Virus record (IMG/VR): IMGVR_UViG_3300046468_001139
Strand: one strand, 5' to 3'
Length of the DNA stretch: 64,000 bases
From: a virus
Shown here: positions 28,286 to 41,100 of the stretch, one piece after another
Layout: the number at the start of each line of letters is the position of its first letter
How positions within the stretch are numbered: position 1 is the first letter of the stretch
Notes under the pieces: generated by a model
The model's database searches: none
What the model was told of the DNA's origin: nothing
Seen by the model: only the letters and a program-made list of their open reading frames with translations
Translations under genes and position numbers: made by a program

Positions 28286-29179
28286 TTAACTTAGATTTGA
28301 ACTGCCGTTTGTGGAGTAATTTGGAGAAGCTACTTCTACTGCCGCTCCGGTTGGACGTAATTGTGTAATTGTACTGTTTAGTACACCTAATACGTTTTCG
28401 TCTGTATTTGGGTTACCTGTATTATCATCGTTAAATGTAACTTTGAAACGTAAAACTGTATCACTTACTTTGGATCCTTCGATTTTGTAATCGTTTGCGG
28501 CATATAGCCCTGATCCTGTTTTTTCAAAAAGCTGTTGGTAACTAGCATCTAAATCATGATAACCAATTGCACTACCGTTTCCTGATCCTGTTGCTGTAGT
28601 TGATGTATAGTTCATACTAACTGTACCCATGTTAACTAACATAGTCATCCAGTCAATTGTTTTACTACTTGATCCAACATATGTAATGTTAGAAGCAAAA
28701 CGAATAGTTCCGCCTGCATTGAAATAGTGTCTTTGATGATTTGCATCTGCAAATGTTACATCAATAATATGTGAAATTGTACCGTTCCATGAAGTAGTTC
28801 TAGTACCTGCAATGGCCGCTTCAGCTGTAGTTTGACTTCCGTGTGCTACAAATTTATCATTTTCAAGTGTTGTAGCAAGATTTTCAAATTGTACAATACC
28901 TTTTTTGTTAATTGTATCACTGTCTAAAACAATATCAACGTTTTGTGTTACAATGTTAATCTCAGACGGTGTTGCACCTGTTTGATGAATACGTCCGTTT
29001 GCCATATCAGTGTATAGTTGGTTAATGTCAATTGCTTGTACATTATCATTAACGTTTACCTGGGCACTATTTAAATTTTGACCGTAACCGTCATCGCCTG
29101 ACCCTACACCCATTACAGTAGCAACACGTGATTGTAAACTGTTGTACCTTGCCGCTGTAATTATATCGCCGACTGCCAT
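28286..29179 (-). CDS. Putative virion structural (tail-associated) protein
   Basis: G/T/N/S-rich, beta-rich composition; last gene of the tail-fibre run. Confidence 0.55.
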   Translation of the reverse strand: MAVGDIITAARYNSLQSRVATVMGVGSGDDGYGQNLNSAQVNVNDNVQAIDINQLYTDMANGRIHQTGATPSEINIVTQNVDIVLDSDTINKKGIVQFENLATTLENDKFVAHGSQTTAEAAIAGTRTTSWNGTISHIIDVTFADANHQRHYFNAGGTIRFASNITYVGSSSKTIDWMTMLVNMGTVSMNYTSTTATGSGNGSAIGYHDLDASYQQLFEKTGSGLYAANDYKIEGSKVSDTVLRFKVTFNDDNTGNPNTDENVLGVLNSTITQLRPTGAAVEVASPNYSTNGSSNLS

Positions 29180-29191
29180 ATTCTTTTACCT

Positions 29192-30682
29192 CTATACTTT
29201 CAGAATGGCTTCTACTAAGCCTTCTTCTTCTGCTTCTGGTTCCCAACTCTCTAAGGCAATACCTACTAAAAAGTGTCCTTCAGCTCTAATAGTATGTCCA
29301 AGTCCTTGTGAGTCAGCATAAATTGCTTCACCTTTATTAACGATGCCTGTTACTCTTACTGGAACACGCCCTTTAAGTGCAACTGCTTGACCTTCTGCTT
29401 CGCTGTTCATTAAGAACGCCGGTTTAGCACTAATTACACCTACTGGAATTTCAGTTGGCTCAATAGCTCTTACTTCTGCGTCTGTGTCTTCGTCAAATTT
29501 TGGAACACTAACAATAGTGCCTGTTGGCAATTCATCTTCTGTTTTGTACATCTCAGCCAAGTCAGCGTATTCTGCTGATGTTGCTGTACCTGTAAATTTG
29601 TTTGCTACTAAATTACCACTTGCATCTCTAACTGCTACTGTGTTATTAGTTGCCGCTGTATCTGCACTACGGTAGTTTACACCAACTTGCATTTTTTGTG
29701 CATTTTCCGCTAACCCGTAAAAGTTAGTGGCATGCATTTCACTGAATACAGCACCTGTTCCGCCAATTGCGTATGTGTTAGTAGAACCAGGCATAATACC
29801 TGTGTCTTGTACTGTTGCTACATGTTGCTCAACACCACCTACGTTATCAACTTTAAGTTTAATTTTAGTTCCAACGTCATTTTTAATAACGCCTTCGTTG
29901 TCATTTTCAATAAAGATTTTTAAATCACTTGAGTTACCAATTGAAATACCTGCATCTGCAAAACTAACAAGTGATGTAAATGATCCTGAACCTGCTAATG
30001 CAAAGTCAGTAGCACTATAGCCACCTAGTTTTAATGAGTTACTTGCTGTACCCCAGTAATAATCCTGTGTACTTGTAACACCGCCTGTTGCGTTTGTTGT
30101 ATTTCTTAGTGTTAAACCTTTTTTAACAACGTCAAATCCTGTAATAGCATTAAGTGGGTCTGTACTATCAATAGTAAATGTTGCGCCTGAAATAATATAA
30201 ATTGTTTCATCGTTAACAATAGCCTTAATAACTAATCTGTTTACGTTAGTTGTATCTCTAACGTTAGCTGAAACCATCTGTGTAACAGTTGTACCTGCAC
30301 CCTGTGGTCCTACTAGTACATAACCTGTACCGCTATATGCATATAATTGTTCGTTTGTTGAATCCCACCATAAGTCGCCAGTTGCTAAACCAGCTGGTGC
30401 AGTTGCGGCTACTTCAGCACCGCCTGTAGTTCTAAACTTAGATCCATCATAAAATTTTAGCTTATTAGCACCTGAGTCGTACCAAACCTGTCCCGAAATG
30501 GCTTTTGGAGGCTGGTTAGCACCACTAAAGTTTTCTAATAAGTGTAAAAAGTTTTCGTTCTGAATTTCACCGTAACCGGCGTAATTTTTACCAACTAGTT
30601 TAATATCACTAGTTTGATCCACGGTTCCATCTTCAACAACTGTTAAAGTAGTTCCATTATATCTATCAATAGTATATGCCAT
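29192..30682 (-). CDS. Tail fibre/spike protein with C-terminal intramolecular chaperone (peptidase G2-like) domain
   Basis: Shared N-terminal LVGKNY.GYGE..NENFLHLLENF...GQVWYD module; C-terminal ADLAEMY...GVISAKPAFLMN...VALKGRVPVRV. Confidence 0.7.
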   Translation of the reverse strand: MAYTIDRYNGTTLTVVEDGTVDQTSDIKLVGKNYAGYGEIQNENFLHLLENFSGANQPPKAISGQVWYDSGANKLKFYDGSKFRTTGGAEVAATAPAGLATGDLWWDSTNEQLYAYSGTGYVLVGPQGAGTTVTQMVSANVRDTTNVNRLVIKAIVNDETIYIISGATFTIDSTDPLNAITGFDVVKKGLTLRNTTNATGGVTSTQDYYWGTASNSLKLGGYSATDFALAGSGSFTSLVSFADAGISIGNSSDLKIFIENDNEGVIKNDVGTKIKLKVDNVGGVEQHVATVQDTGIMPGSTNTYAIGGTGAVFSEMHATNFYGLAENAQKMQVGVNYRSADTAATNNTVAVRDASGNLVANKFTGTATSAEYADLAEMYKTEDELPTGTIVSVPKFDEDTDAEVRAIEPTEIPVGVISAKPAFLMNSEAEGQAVALKGRVPVRVTGIVNKGEAIYADSQGLGHTIRAEGHFLVGIALESWEPEAEEEGLVEAILKV

Positions 30683-30701
30683 TTCTTTTCCTCTATGTTA
30701 C

Positions 30702-30707
30702 TATTTA
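30702..30707 (-). promoter_or_regulatory. Putative late promoter TAAATA
   Basis: agaTAAATAgtaacatagaggaaaagaaATG upstream of 30682. Confidence 0.5.
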
Positions 30708-30711
30708 TCTC

Positions 30712-32523
30712 TTACCACAAGCCGCCGCTTGAACCAAGATCGTTATCAAATACCCATGCACCTGCGGCAACTCTAAAGCGTTTTAAACCACGTGATATAG
30801 TAACATTAACGTTACCTGATGCTGAAGCAAACGCAACGTCTTGTACTACACTCTGATTTAACACACCGTTAGCATCTACTGCAACGTATGAGATGTTTTT
30901 AGCCGCGTCTACGTCAATACCTGTAACTGTTGCTCCTGCAATAGTTGAAGTAGCTATGTACGCATATGTTCCGGTTTTCTTATTACTTGCTGGATAAATG
31001 TCTTCGATGATCGTTGCAATGTTACTGTTAGATAATCCAGTAATATCTAAACTCATTACAACTGGTTCTAAGTTAATCTGATCATCAACATAAAACTTAG
31101 TAGCGGCATCTGTATTAGTTGTTGGTTCCGCTAGTCCAGTAATTTTTTGGTTATTAGTAATTGTAATACTTCCAGTACTTTCTAATTGTAATGGAGTACT
31201 AGTTGTAATCTTTGCGCCTTGGATATTAGTTTGATCAACATTAAGCTGATTCAATGTACCAATGTCTGTAAGTCCAAGTGCTTGTGTTACTGTTGAACCT
31301 AATTCTGTTTTGTTTAATACGTTAACACCTTCAGCTTTGTACCACTTAGTTGCAACAACGTCAATGTTTTCACTTGATGTCCAAGCACCTGTAGCATTTC
31401 TCCAAAGCCATTCTTTATCAAGATCGCTTGATTTAAGAATAACTCCGCCAAGGTCTACGTTTGCATTATCTAATGATGTACTATCACTAGTAATACCTAA
31501 TTCAATATTTTTATCTTCAACTCTTAAATTTTGTGTTTCAATGTTAACAGCTGGTGATGTTAAAAATAAGTTACCATCAACTCTCATATCGCCACCAACG
31601 TGTAACGTATGCTGTGGAGTATCTTTAAATATACCTAAGAATGATTCTGATGTGTCAATAGTTACTGCATCTACAAAACCTGTTGCTTTTCTAACTCTAA
31701 TTTTATAATCATGATTTGATAATTGGTTTTCGTTAACAACGCTAGTTCCAACTACCTTTTGAATATTGTTTTGTGCAGTACCAATTGTAATACCACCACT
31801 GTTAGCAACTGTTACTGTTCCAGTTGTAACTGAGTTAGAGTCTGCTGATAAAAACTGCGAAGCACTTTTGGCTACGCCTGCATTATCAACTAGTGCCGCG
31901 GCACTATCTGCTGAGCCTCTAAATACAAAGTCTGTAACACTTGAAATAATGTTAAAGCCTTTCTTAATATTATCAAGTCCAGTAATAGCATATGAAGCCG
32001 CTGGTGTAAATTCATTGTTCGAAAATACTCCTATTAGTGTTCCTGCTATTGAAAACTTTATAATAGTTTTACTATTGTTTTGATTATCTAATACTGTTAC
32101 AGTTTCAAACCCTGACTTGCCTTGGTCATTTGTATAAATTGGACCTGCTAAATTAAACTGTGTACCATCATAAAAATGTAATTGTCTTGTATCGTTGTTA
32201 ATCCAAAGATCACCTGCAACTACACCAACACCTGGTTGTGAATTTTGTACAATAGGGCCACCACTGGTTCTAAAATTTGTTCCGTCATAAACTTTAAGTC
32301 TTGCTTCTGTACTATCAAACCATAGCTGACCTTTTAGTGGTAAGCTAGGAGCCGATGTGTTAGCAAAATTTTCTAGTATCTTAATAAAGTTTTCGTTAAT
32401 ACTTTCACCAAACCCTGAATAGTTTTTACCTATTAAGGAAATATCAGTACTTGTAGTATCTAAACTACCGTCGACTAAGTCTACTAGTAATGAGCCGTCC
32501 GTTTTATTTAATTTATAACTCAT
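30712..32523 (-). CDS. Tail fibre-like virion protein
   Basis: Same N-terminal module (LIGKNYSGFGE..NENFIKILENF...GQLWFD...GDLWIN); KITGLAEPTTNTDAATKFYVD fibre motif. Confidence 0.7.
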   Translation of the reverse strand: MSYKLNKTDGSLLVDLVDGSLDTTSTDISLIGKNYSGFGESINENFIKILENFANTSAPSLPLKGQLWFDSTEARLKVYDGTNFRTSGGPIVQNSQPGVGVVAGDLWINNDTRQLHFYDGTQFNLAGPIYTNDQGKSGFETVTVLDNQNNSKTIIKFSIAGTLIGVFSNNEFTPAASYAITGLDNIKKGFNIISSVTDFVFRGSADSAAALVDNAGVAKSASQFLSADSNSVTTGTVTVANSGGITIGTAQNNIQKVVGTSVVNENQLSNHDYKIRVRKATGFVDAVTIDTSESFLGIFKDTPQHTLHVGGDMRVDGNLFLTSPAVNIETQNLRVEDKNIELGITSDSTSLDNANVDLGGVILKSSDLDKEWLWRNATGAWTSSENIDVVATKWYKAEGVNVLNKTELGSTVTQALGLTDIGTLNQLNVDQTNIQGAKITTSTPLQLESTGSITITNNQKITGLAEPTTNTDAATKFYVDDQINLEPVVMSLDITGLSNSNIATIIEDIYPASNKKTGTYAYIATSTIAGATVTGIDVDAAKNISYVAVDANGVLNQSVVQDVAFASASGNVNVTISRGLKRFRVAAGAWVFDNDLGSSGGLW

Positions 32524-34553
32524 TATACTGCTCCCGTGTTTTGCCCAGCGTATATGATCATGTTTATTGCCATATATGGATTCATAACATCAATTGGTTG
32601 TCCAATTGTGCTATTTGTTAGTACACCACCTGATGATGGATAAGCCTGTCCTGCTTGTGTTCCTGTTGGAGCATCGTATTGTATACCTTGTGGATCGTTT
32701 GGTACTCCGCTAATATCTCTAGTAGTATAGTACTGGTCTCCACTTGGTCCACGTAAATCATGTTCGTGTTCTGGTAAGTTAGTAAGTCCAATTGATTGTG
32801 TTTGTTGTCCTTCAACATTACCTAATGTATCTGCCGCCGCACTAGTTACACGGTTAGCACTTTCGCCGCCCATGTTATCTAAGCCTAGCATAAATCTACC
32901 ACGTAAGTCTGGTAACGCAAATTTACCTGCTGTTACAAGTGCTTGTGCTTTAAAGTTATATTCAATAACGTTAAACAAGTTTTGATATTCAGCAATGCTA
33001 ACTTCTCTACCATCACATATTAACCAATCTGCTGGTAGTACGCCTGCCGCAAATGCAGTAATCATACCAACTGGTAATTGCGGAATAGCTTTAAACAAGT
33101 TAGTTCTTGATATTTTAAATACACCAGTGTCACCTTGGACTCTGTTAAACATGTATTCATCTGTTGGTTCACTTAATGCTTGTTCTGTTTTAGCCGCAAT
33201 AAATGTGTTGTCAATTGTTGTAGTAAAAGTTTTTACACTAGCATCTTGTCCATCAAAGCTAAACTCAGGAGCACTTACATCGCCAACCATTCTAAATGTT
33301 GTTGCACTTGCTAGTTTATCAGTTGATCCTGATCTACCACTAATTGATCCTGTTACGTTACCTGTTAAGTTACCAACAAAGTTTTGTGAAAATACATTTA
33401 AGAACTGTTCGTTTGCAGTACCAATATTTCTTGTTGTTGTAATGTTTGGAACAATATTACCTGTAGTTAATAATCCTGCAATGTTTGTATCGCTACCTAC
33501 ATACAATCTTTTAGCAATACCAACACCACCTCTAGCAATAATACTACCTGTGTTTATAGTTGAACTGTCTGTTGTTCCGTTAACTAATACGCTACTGTCT
33601 GTTTGTATATTTCCAACTACGTCTAATGACTCAACTGGTGCTAAATTATTAATACCAATTTTGCTTGTTGAATCAACACGTAAAACTGTAGTAGTTGTAC
33701 CTTCGTTGTTAACTCTAATATCAATGTTTGATCCACTTGTTTGGTGACCAATAATACCTGCTTGTCCTTCAATACCAATGTTCAATGCACTATCTGCACC
33801 TACTGTGATACCTGAATTATTTTTAACATTAACAGCAACTAGGCTGTTAGTTTCTTTGTCAGCTCTAAGGAAGTTTGCCGCTGGAACATTTTCTGCTCCT
33901 ATAACTAATGATTCTGCTTTTTCTGCTGTACCTAAATATTTTGCAGTACCTGAACCTGTAATATCAAACGTACTTAAATTATAACCTGGCTTAATACTTG
34001 TAAAGCCTTGTATTGTTGTTTTAGGTGTAAATGCATCTGTTGAAATAATTGCAAGTGTTTTTGCTTTTACTTCAATAATTAAAACTGTGTAAGTAATATT
34101 GTCTGTGCCAATAATAGTTGTAGGCTTAACACCTGTTGAAAGACCATCACTAAATGTTGGTCCAACTAATATCCATCCAGAACCTGTATACAAATATAAT
34201 TGTTGGTTGTCTGTATCAACCCAAAGGTCACCTGTAACTGATTGGTTTGCTTCTGGTGCTGTAGTAGCTTTCTTTAAACCTGATGCACTAACCCAGTTAG
34301 TACCATCATATAATTTTAACTGATCAACACCTGGAGTTGTATCATACCACAACTGTCCTTCTACAGGATTTGTTGGTGCTGTGTTAAAAGCAAAGTTTTC
34401 TAATAAGTGTAAAAAGTTTTCGGCAATAGCTGTACCATACGCAGTTGTATTTCTGCCTGGCAAGTCCAAGGACGTTTGTTGGTTAATAGTGTTGTCTTCA
34501 ACAACAATAGTACCTTTTTGGGATAAGTCAGTATATTGTACAGTATATGCCAT
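32523..34553 (-). CDS. Tail fibre protein with tail-collar domain (short-tail-fibre-like)
   Basis: Shared N-terminal module; collar motif PVGMITAFA...PADWLICDG...YQNLFNVI...FALPDLRGRF; NLPEHEHD; NPYMAINMIIY. Confidence 0.8.
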   Translation of the reverse strand: MAYTVQYTDLSQKGTIVVEDNTINQQTSLDLPGRNTTAYGTAIAENFLHLLENFAFNTAPTNPVEGQLWYDTTPGVDQLKLYDGTNWVSASGLKKATTAPEANQSVTGDLWVDTDNQQLYLYTGSGWILVGPTFSDGLSTGVKPTTIIGTDNITYTVLIIEVKAKTLAIISTDAFTPKTTIQGFTSIKPGYNLSTFDITGSGTAKYLGTAEKAESLVIGAENVPAANFLRADKETNSLVAVNVKNNSGITVGADSALNIGIEGQAGIIGHQTSGSNIDIRVNNEGTTTTVLRVDSTSKIGINNLAPVESLDVVGNIQTDSSVLVNGTTDSSTINTGSIIARGGVGIAKRLYVGSDTNIAGLLTTGNIVPNITTTRNIGTANEQFLNVFSQNFVGNLTGNVTGSISGRSGSTDKLASATTFRMVGDVSAPEFSFDGQDASVKTFTTTIDNTFIAAKTEQALSEPTDEYMFNRVQGDTGVFKISRTNLFKAIPQLPVGMITAFAAGVLPADWLICDGREVSIAEYQNLFNVIEYNFKAQALVTAGKFALPDLRGRFMLGLDNMGGESANRVTSAAADTLGNVEGQQTQSIGLTNLPEHEHDLRGPSGDQYYTTRDISGVPNDPQGIQYDAPTGTQAGQAYPSSGGVLTNSTIGQPIDVMNPYMAINMIIYAGQNTGAV

Positions 34554-34556
34554 TTA

Positions 34557-35174
34557 TTAAACCTCGTTAAAACCTGTTAAACTCTGTACTCTAACAGTAT
34601 AATCAATTTGGATTAGTCTGTTTAGTGACTTCTGTACAGGGTGGAAAATTACGTGTGTTAGCAATCTGCCTGTTCCGCTAGTTGCATAACTTACAAGTCC
34701 TAACTCGTCAAACACATACAAACTGTCGTTTGCTGTTGCGTTATCAAGAGCATCTTGCCCACTAGGCTCACCGTAGTCTAATAAACAAGTTGCTACAATA
34801 TCTGTGTAGTTAGTTCCGCTTACGTGTCTAGTTTCTAATTTGTTTCTAGTAGGATCAACGTTATTAACATTGTTGTTGTCAATAACTTTAGCATATGTTT
34901 GATTATACAAACTAGCATTAGTTCCTGTTGAGTTTGGTGACAAGTACGTAATAATACCCGTTGGGTCTACGTTAGTACCGCCATTACCAAATGCCATTTG
35001 GTAGACCATACCCTGTCCTTGATTAGATAAACTTTCCGCTAATGAAATACTCATGTTTTCGTAGTGAATAGCATTACGCTTGTCCACCAAGATTTCACCA
35101 GTCTCTGGATTGTGTATCTTGATGTGCCCTTGCAAAAGAACACCTTGTTTATCATTAAATTTGTCTGTCATCAT
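34557..35174 (-). CDS. Baseplate/tail-fibre attachment-type structural protein
   Basis: Lies between the giant wedge-like gene and the fibre genes; MAFGNGG...FDELGL...FHPVQKS...IDYTVRV pattern typical of fibre-anchoring domains. Confidence 0.5.
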   Translation of the reverse strand: MMTDKFNDKQGVLLQGHIKIHNPETGEILVDKRNAIHYENMSISLAESLSNQGQGMVYQMAFGNGGTNVDPTGIITYLSPNSTGTNASLYNQTYAKVIDNNNVNNVDPTRNKLETRHVSGTNYTDIVATCLLDYGEPSGQDALDNATANDSLYVFDELGLVSYATSGTGRLLTHVIFHPVQKSLNRLIQIDYTVRVQSLTGFNEV

Positions 35175-35189
35175 TATTTCCTACAAGTG

Positions 35190-35199
35190 TATTTATTTA
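35190..35199 (-). promoter_or_regulatory. Putative late promoter TAAATA (overlapping tandem copies)
   Basis: cTAAATAAATAcacttgtaggaaataATGATG upstream of 35174. Confidence 0.45.
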
Positions 35200-38100
35200 G
35201 GTAACGCCACCTCTGTTGTTCTTAAGAACCTTGCAATGTCATTTTCTTGCCTATGTAGAGGAATTCCACTGTCAGTCCAAGGTTTACCAATGCGTCTAAC
35301 CACCACTATCTTGGTATTAATAGGTGGTGTTTCAGCTAATACAACAGTTGAAGTTGTTCCATCGACACTAAACTCCGCGGGCGACACAATATCTGCCTCT
35401 GGGCTGTCTAAATCAACAGTTGGATCATATGTATTTATTGCATTTTTACGCAGGCGCTTACCAGCGACAAATATTTCAAATTCATGTACTGAATTTGGAA
35501 TAAAGTCTACTACAATGCTACTAGTTGAGCCATCTGCTGTAAATGTTTGCTGAAGTGTTCTATCTTGATATGGAACAGTTTGCTTGTTACTCTGATCTAT
35601 TAGTTCAGTTCCTTTAGCATGTACTGTTGCAATACCAGTTCCTAGTGTACCTCTACGTAATTGTCTAAGTACTCCGCCTTCTTTTAAGTAATATTCAATA
35701 CGCTCTCCGTCAATAAACACAATACCTGGAATACTACGGTCTTTGTTTGGTTGAGGTAGTGTATCAGAGTTAGTAACTTTGATACTAGTATCGTAATAGT
35801 TTAAATCTTCAGCTAAGAAGTAACGTGATTCATCACCTAAACGTTTAAAGTGTGTTCTATTAAGCATATCTTTGAATTGACTAAACCCAAACTTAGGAAT
35901 AATAGTACTATTACTAAAGTGTATTACTTCCATTTCGTCATTTGCATCAATATCAACTGCTACTCTAATAGTTACTTTGTCTTCTAGTAATGCATATTCA
36001 ACATTTGGACTTAATAGTTCGCCATTTTTAGTTAACCATACATAACTTGTATCAATTGCAGGAGTTCTTAGTTTAATAAATCCGTTTGCTAATTGATGAT
36101 ATTCGTTATATTCTTTTGTATCTGTTGTAAGTGTAGCTCTTGCAACAACATCTAAATTAATTCTTTCAATTTTTGCAACATCATGATTACTAAATTGATA
36201 AACAGTTACCTTTTCACCATTTTGTGGAGCAGTTGTTAACTGTACTTGATTAGGTGTTTCATTCCAATAACCATTAGCATCAAACACACCAAAGTCATAC
36301 TCTCCATCACCTAGTAAGTAAACATCTAAAATGTCTCCGTTGTTACCAACACCAGCAAATAATTCAACACTTGAATTAAATCTATTCCAAATATAACTTG
36401 TTGATAATATTTGCTCTACGCCGTTTAAGAATACTTTAATTTTTTCTGCTGGTATCTGTGCAAGTCCAACTTGCCAATCACGCAGTTTGTATTCTCTAGT
36501 TGATGAAACTGTATACTGTTGATTGTATCCAGGTGTAAGTATTTTATTACCTACTTTAACAACTACGCTGTTTGCTAATGGGCGTTGTGTAAACGGTGCA
36601 TTAGCTAAATTAAATGTTTGTAATGATCCTGAACCTGTAAACTCATCAATTGATATCTGTGAGAACGACTTAGCCGCACTATCATAAATTACATACTGTA
36701 TAAGCTCTCCTGGAAGAGGAGCAATCGGTAGTCTAAGTAATACTTGACCTGCTGTTTCGTATGTTGAATCTGTTTCTGCAAGTACAGCATCAATTGGAGC
36801 ACCGTCTTTTGTAATAAACAAACTTAGTCCTTGTTTAAACTTAACTGATGTAACAAATACTGATGTTGATCCGTCACCTGTAAATGTGTCTGCATCAAGA
36901 ATGTTTTCACCGTTAGCTGACATTGTAATAATGTTAACACTTTGACCGTTTGCTATTGCAACGCTGTTATCTAATGTTAATGTTTTATCCTGATAATTTA
37001 CAGTAAACAAACTGTTATTACCTGAATCTAAAATTGTTCCGTTAGCTTTAACAAACACATCTTTGCTACTTGCTGGTACTCTATCAAGTTTAAATGTACG
37101 GCTTCCTGTGTAAATGTAGTTGTAATTATTAATTATACTTGAACCATCATTAATTCTATCGTATACTTTAATGTTTACACTATCAAGTAATTGTCCTGGA
37201 ACAAGTTCTTCAGGTCCTTTAGATGTTAACGGAGTTACAAACCCATCACCATCAACTACAATTTCTTCTGCACTAATACCTTTTGCAGTTGAGTACGCTA
37301 TGTCACCACCTTGTAACATTGTGTCATATGCGTCTGCATCTGGTAAGAAGCTACCATCACTTGTTGATTTTCTAATAACAATTACATCGTTACCTGCTGT
37401 TGGAATCTTATCATTGTCAATAACAAATGTATCTGTTGTACCATCACCTACTAGTGAATTCATTACTGCATTTGGATTACCTGGAACTGTTGATCCATCA
37501 TATTCAGGATCGTCAATTCTAATACCATTTTTATATACGTTATATGTTACGCCATTAACTAATGGAGCAGACAATGTTAATACTTGTGTACTTCCGTCTA
37601 GTTGGAAAATTTCATCTTCGTATGTTGCATCATATGAATCCCAAGTAGTTGTGTAATAAGGTTCGTTACCATATCCTGTACCTGTATTAAATGCAAAACT
37701 CTTAACTTGTACTCCACCGTAATCAACACCGTCCATTAACTGTGAAATATCGTTACCTAACTGTCCTGTTGAAGGATTGTAGAACAAGTTAATTCTATCT
37801 TGTGCTTGTAGCATTGATACATCTTTTTTGTATGTAACAACAATAACTGCATTGTTTGCCGGAGGATTATCAAATGTAATACGTCCTTTGTATCTTGTGT
37901 AAGACTTATCAGTATATTCTTCATTGCTAACTGAATAGTTACCTTGTAATTCTTCAATGCCGTTAACTGTAATAGTAACTTGGTTACGTCTTACGTCCAT
38001 TGGCCATTTAACATCAAAAAATGTTTTACTGTTATTACCTGCAAACGTTTGTGTTTCTGCTAATGAAGTAATTAAAAATGTTCCTGTTACACGGTCAAAC

Positions 38101-41100
38101 TTACTACGCAAGTGCATAGCTCTAATTTTACTATTACCTAGTTGTGCTGATGCTTTAGCAATTCTACTTTCGTTAACAGTTGACAAACTACCTTCAATTT
38201 CAATAGTTGGTGCTGACAAGTAACCTGAACCTGGATTTGTAACTTCAATGCTTACAACACTTCCGCCTGATCCTAATTTAGCAAGTCCTTTAGCACCTGT
38301 TCCGCCTCCGCCTACAAATTTAATAACAGGTATTTCAGTATAGCCTAAACCTTTATCACTAATATTACAACTAGCAACTTCAAAGCCTACATTGTCTAAC
38401 CAATGCTTGTTTGGATAAGTGTTTAATGTTGCATCTTGTCCGTAGATTAAATTGTCTTTAACTTTAAGTGATGCTGGTTCAATACGCTGTGTATCTTCGT
38501 TGTATTGTGGAGCAAAGTCAAAGTCGCTAATACTACTTGAAGTTAAATCTGTCTTAGTATAGTTACTTAGGTATTCTCTAATTTTTGTTTTGAAAGGTTT
38601 AGTTTCTTTAACAAATTCTTCGTAACTTGGTAAGCTATCATTTTGGAATGTAACTTTTTGCTGTAAATCACCAGCATTGTGTTTTGCTTTAATGAAACTA
38701 GTTTTAAATGCCCAATCAACAAACGGTTGCTCTGCAAACGCATATCTAATACTTGCTAGGAATAACTGATTGTATTCTACTTCTAAGCCATCAACAAATA
38801 TATCATCTCTAAGTGATTTTAAAATAATACGCAATTCGTTAGTTGGTTGATTATCGTAGAATGCTGTATCATAACTTAATCCGTCAAAGCCTACAAAGCT
38901 CTTAGTAAAGTTATACAGTTCTTCTTTAAATTCTATAGTTCCGTCTTGTCTACCAATAGTTCTATAGTTACTTGTGTAATCACTTGCTTCTTCATTACTA
39001 ATTTTTTCTAGTAACAACCAACCACCAGTACCGATGTTTTTAATTTTAATAATATCACCAATGGTGTCATTCAACGATGTTAGTAAGTAACTTTCATCAA
39101 TAGTAAAATCAATATCAGTAAATTTACTGTAACCAGCATCGTACCAATCAATGTAGTTCCACCAGTTGCTTACATCATATGCTTGAGTTGCTGTTCTTTG
39201 GTACTCAGCTAATACTGTGTTATATGAAAATATTGACCATTTACTGTTTACAGTTTCATCACTCTTAACAAGTACACTAAACAATCTTACTGATAAGTTT
39301 GTGTTTGGTGAATAGTTTTTACCTGGATTTCTAACTGTTACGCTACCAATACCACCTGCGGTATTAAGTGTTAATGTAACTTGTGCTTTTTCACCATCAC
39401 CAACTTGTTCAAACTCGTATGTTGGTACTGTGATATAGCCCGAACCTGGATTTGTAATATCAACTCTAACTAATTTTCCTTCTTCAAATACAGGAGTTAG
39501 TGTTGCTGGCTTAACCTTTGAAATATTAACAAAACTAAGTTCAGAATATGTATCAATTGCTACATCATATTTAGAACTAATAATATCTGGTTGTGGATCT
39601 GATGATAACAAATTAGTAAAGCTGTATTCATCTACAATTAATTCTTTAGCCAACACTCTATTAGTACGTTCAATTACTTGTTTAAGTGCTTCAGTACTAT
39701 TTTTAAACATTGACTGTCTAGGTCTATTAAGTACACCGTATTTCTGCTTAGGCGATAACGCTGGATCAGGAACTGGTCTATTATAAATGTCTACACCAAC
39801 TAAACTATCAATCCATTTAGCTTCTAAGTCTTTGTTAGGTTTACTCGTTGCTAATCCATCAGTAATAAGTTGATATTGATTATGTTGATTAATTTCTTGA
39901 TTAGGGATTGTCCAGTATCTAAAGTTAATTGCTTTTTTATCTTCTTCAACTAAACTACCACAGTTGTATAATCCAAATCTATCATTAGAGTAAACTGCAA
40001 CAAATTTATAACCTTGTCCTGCAGGATCATTAATTAATTGTGCAACATCGTATGCACTTGATCTTCTGTTTTCAAGTGTTGGAATAATTTTAGTATTTTT
40101 AACCCAATAGTAATATTTGTTATAGAAACTTGAACTTACACTATTATATAATCTTTTAGTTACAAATGTAGTAGTTCCGTATTTAGGTGTTCCACTAATA
40201 CCTCTTGCTAATCCATCTTCTGTATCAGCTAGTTCTAACCACTGTGTTGGTGTTAATGATGTTTCAACCCATTCATATACATCTATACTAGATCCAACCA
40301 TTTGTTGATTAAAGTTAGCTGTGTTATAAATGATATTGTTTTGATATGGTTCAATCCATTGTACTGTACTAATATCCCACCATAGTTTACCTACATGCTC
40401 GTTAGCCCAATAATTTTCTGTATCTACATTTACATTAGATTGATCAGTTTGTGTATAAGTTGCAGGATCAAACGGAGTTGTAAATGCTAATTCTTCTTCA
40501 GCCGGTCCAGCAATTTTTCCTTGAATAGGATCAATATAATCTAATTGTGTTGCTGTTCCGCTTCCGTCTTTACTGTAAACAAATACTCCTTTGAACTTAT
40601 CTAAGTCAACTTGTCTAGTTGGACTTCTATATGTTTTCCATGGAAGTTCGTTACGTTGACGTTTGTAATCTACAACTGTACCAATAAAATTATTACCTGT
40701 ATTAGATGCACTAAGCTCTGGCATTGAAACATATATGTGGTTGTTTGACGCATGGATAAATTCTCCAAAGCGTTCAACGTTGCTGTTATTAAATGCTAAT
40801 TTCTCTGCATATAATAAGTATCCACCAACATACTGGTAAATGAATACTTCACCACTGTCTAAGTTTTCTTTACTAAACTGTGTTAAGTTATTATCATATG
40901 TAGTTTCAACTGCTAAATCAGATTCTTTACTGTTAACGTATTGTGCCGTAACAAGTGTACTATCATCTAAGTACGTCTGTGGTTGCGGATCCATTGCGGC
41001 TGTATATCTATCAAAGGAAGTATTATCAACCAAGTTACCACCTTGTGATGATATCATTAGTTCGTTACCTGAGAAGTCAACTGTTTGACCAAAGCGTTCT

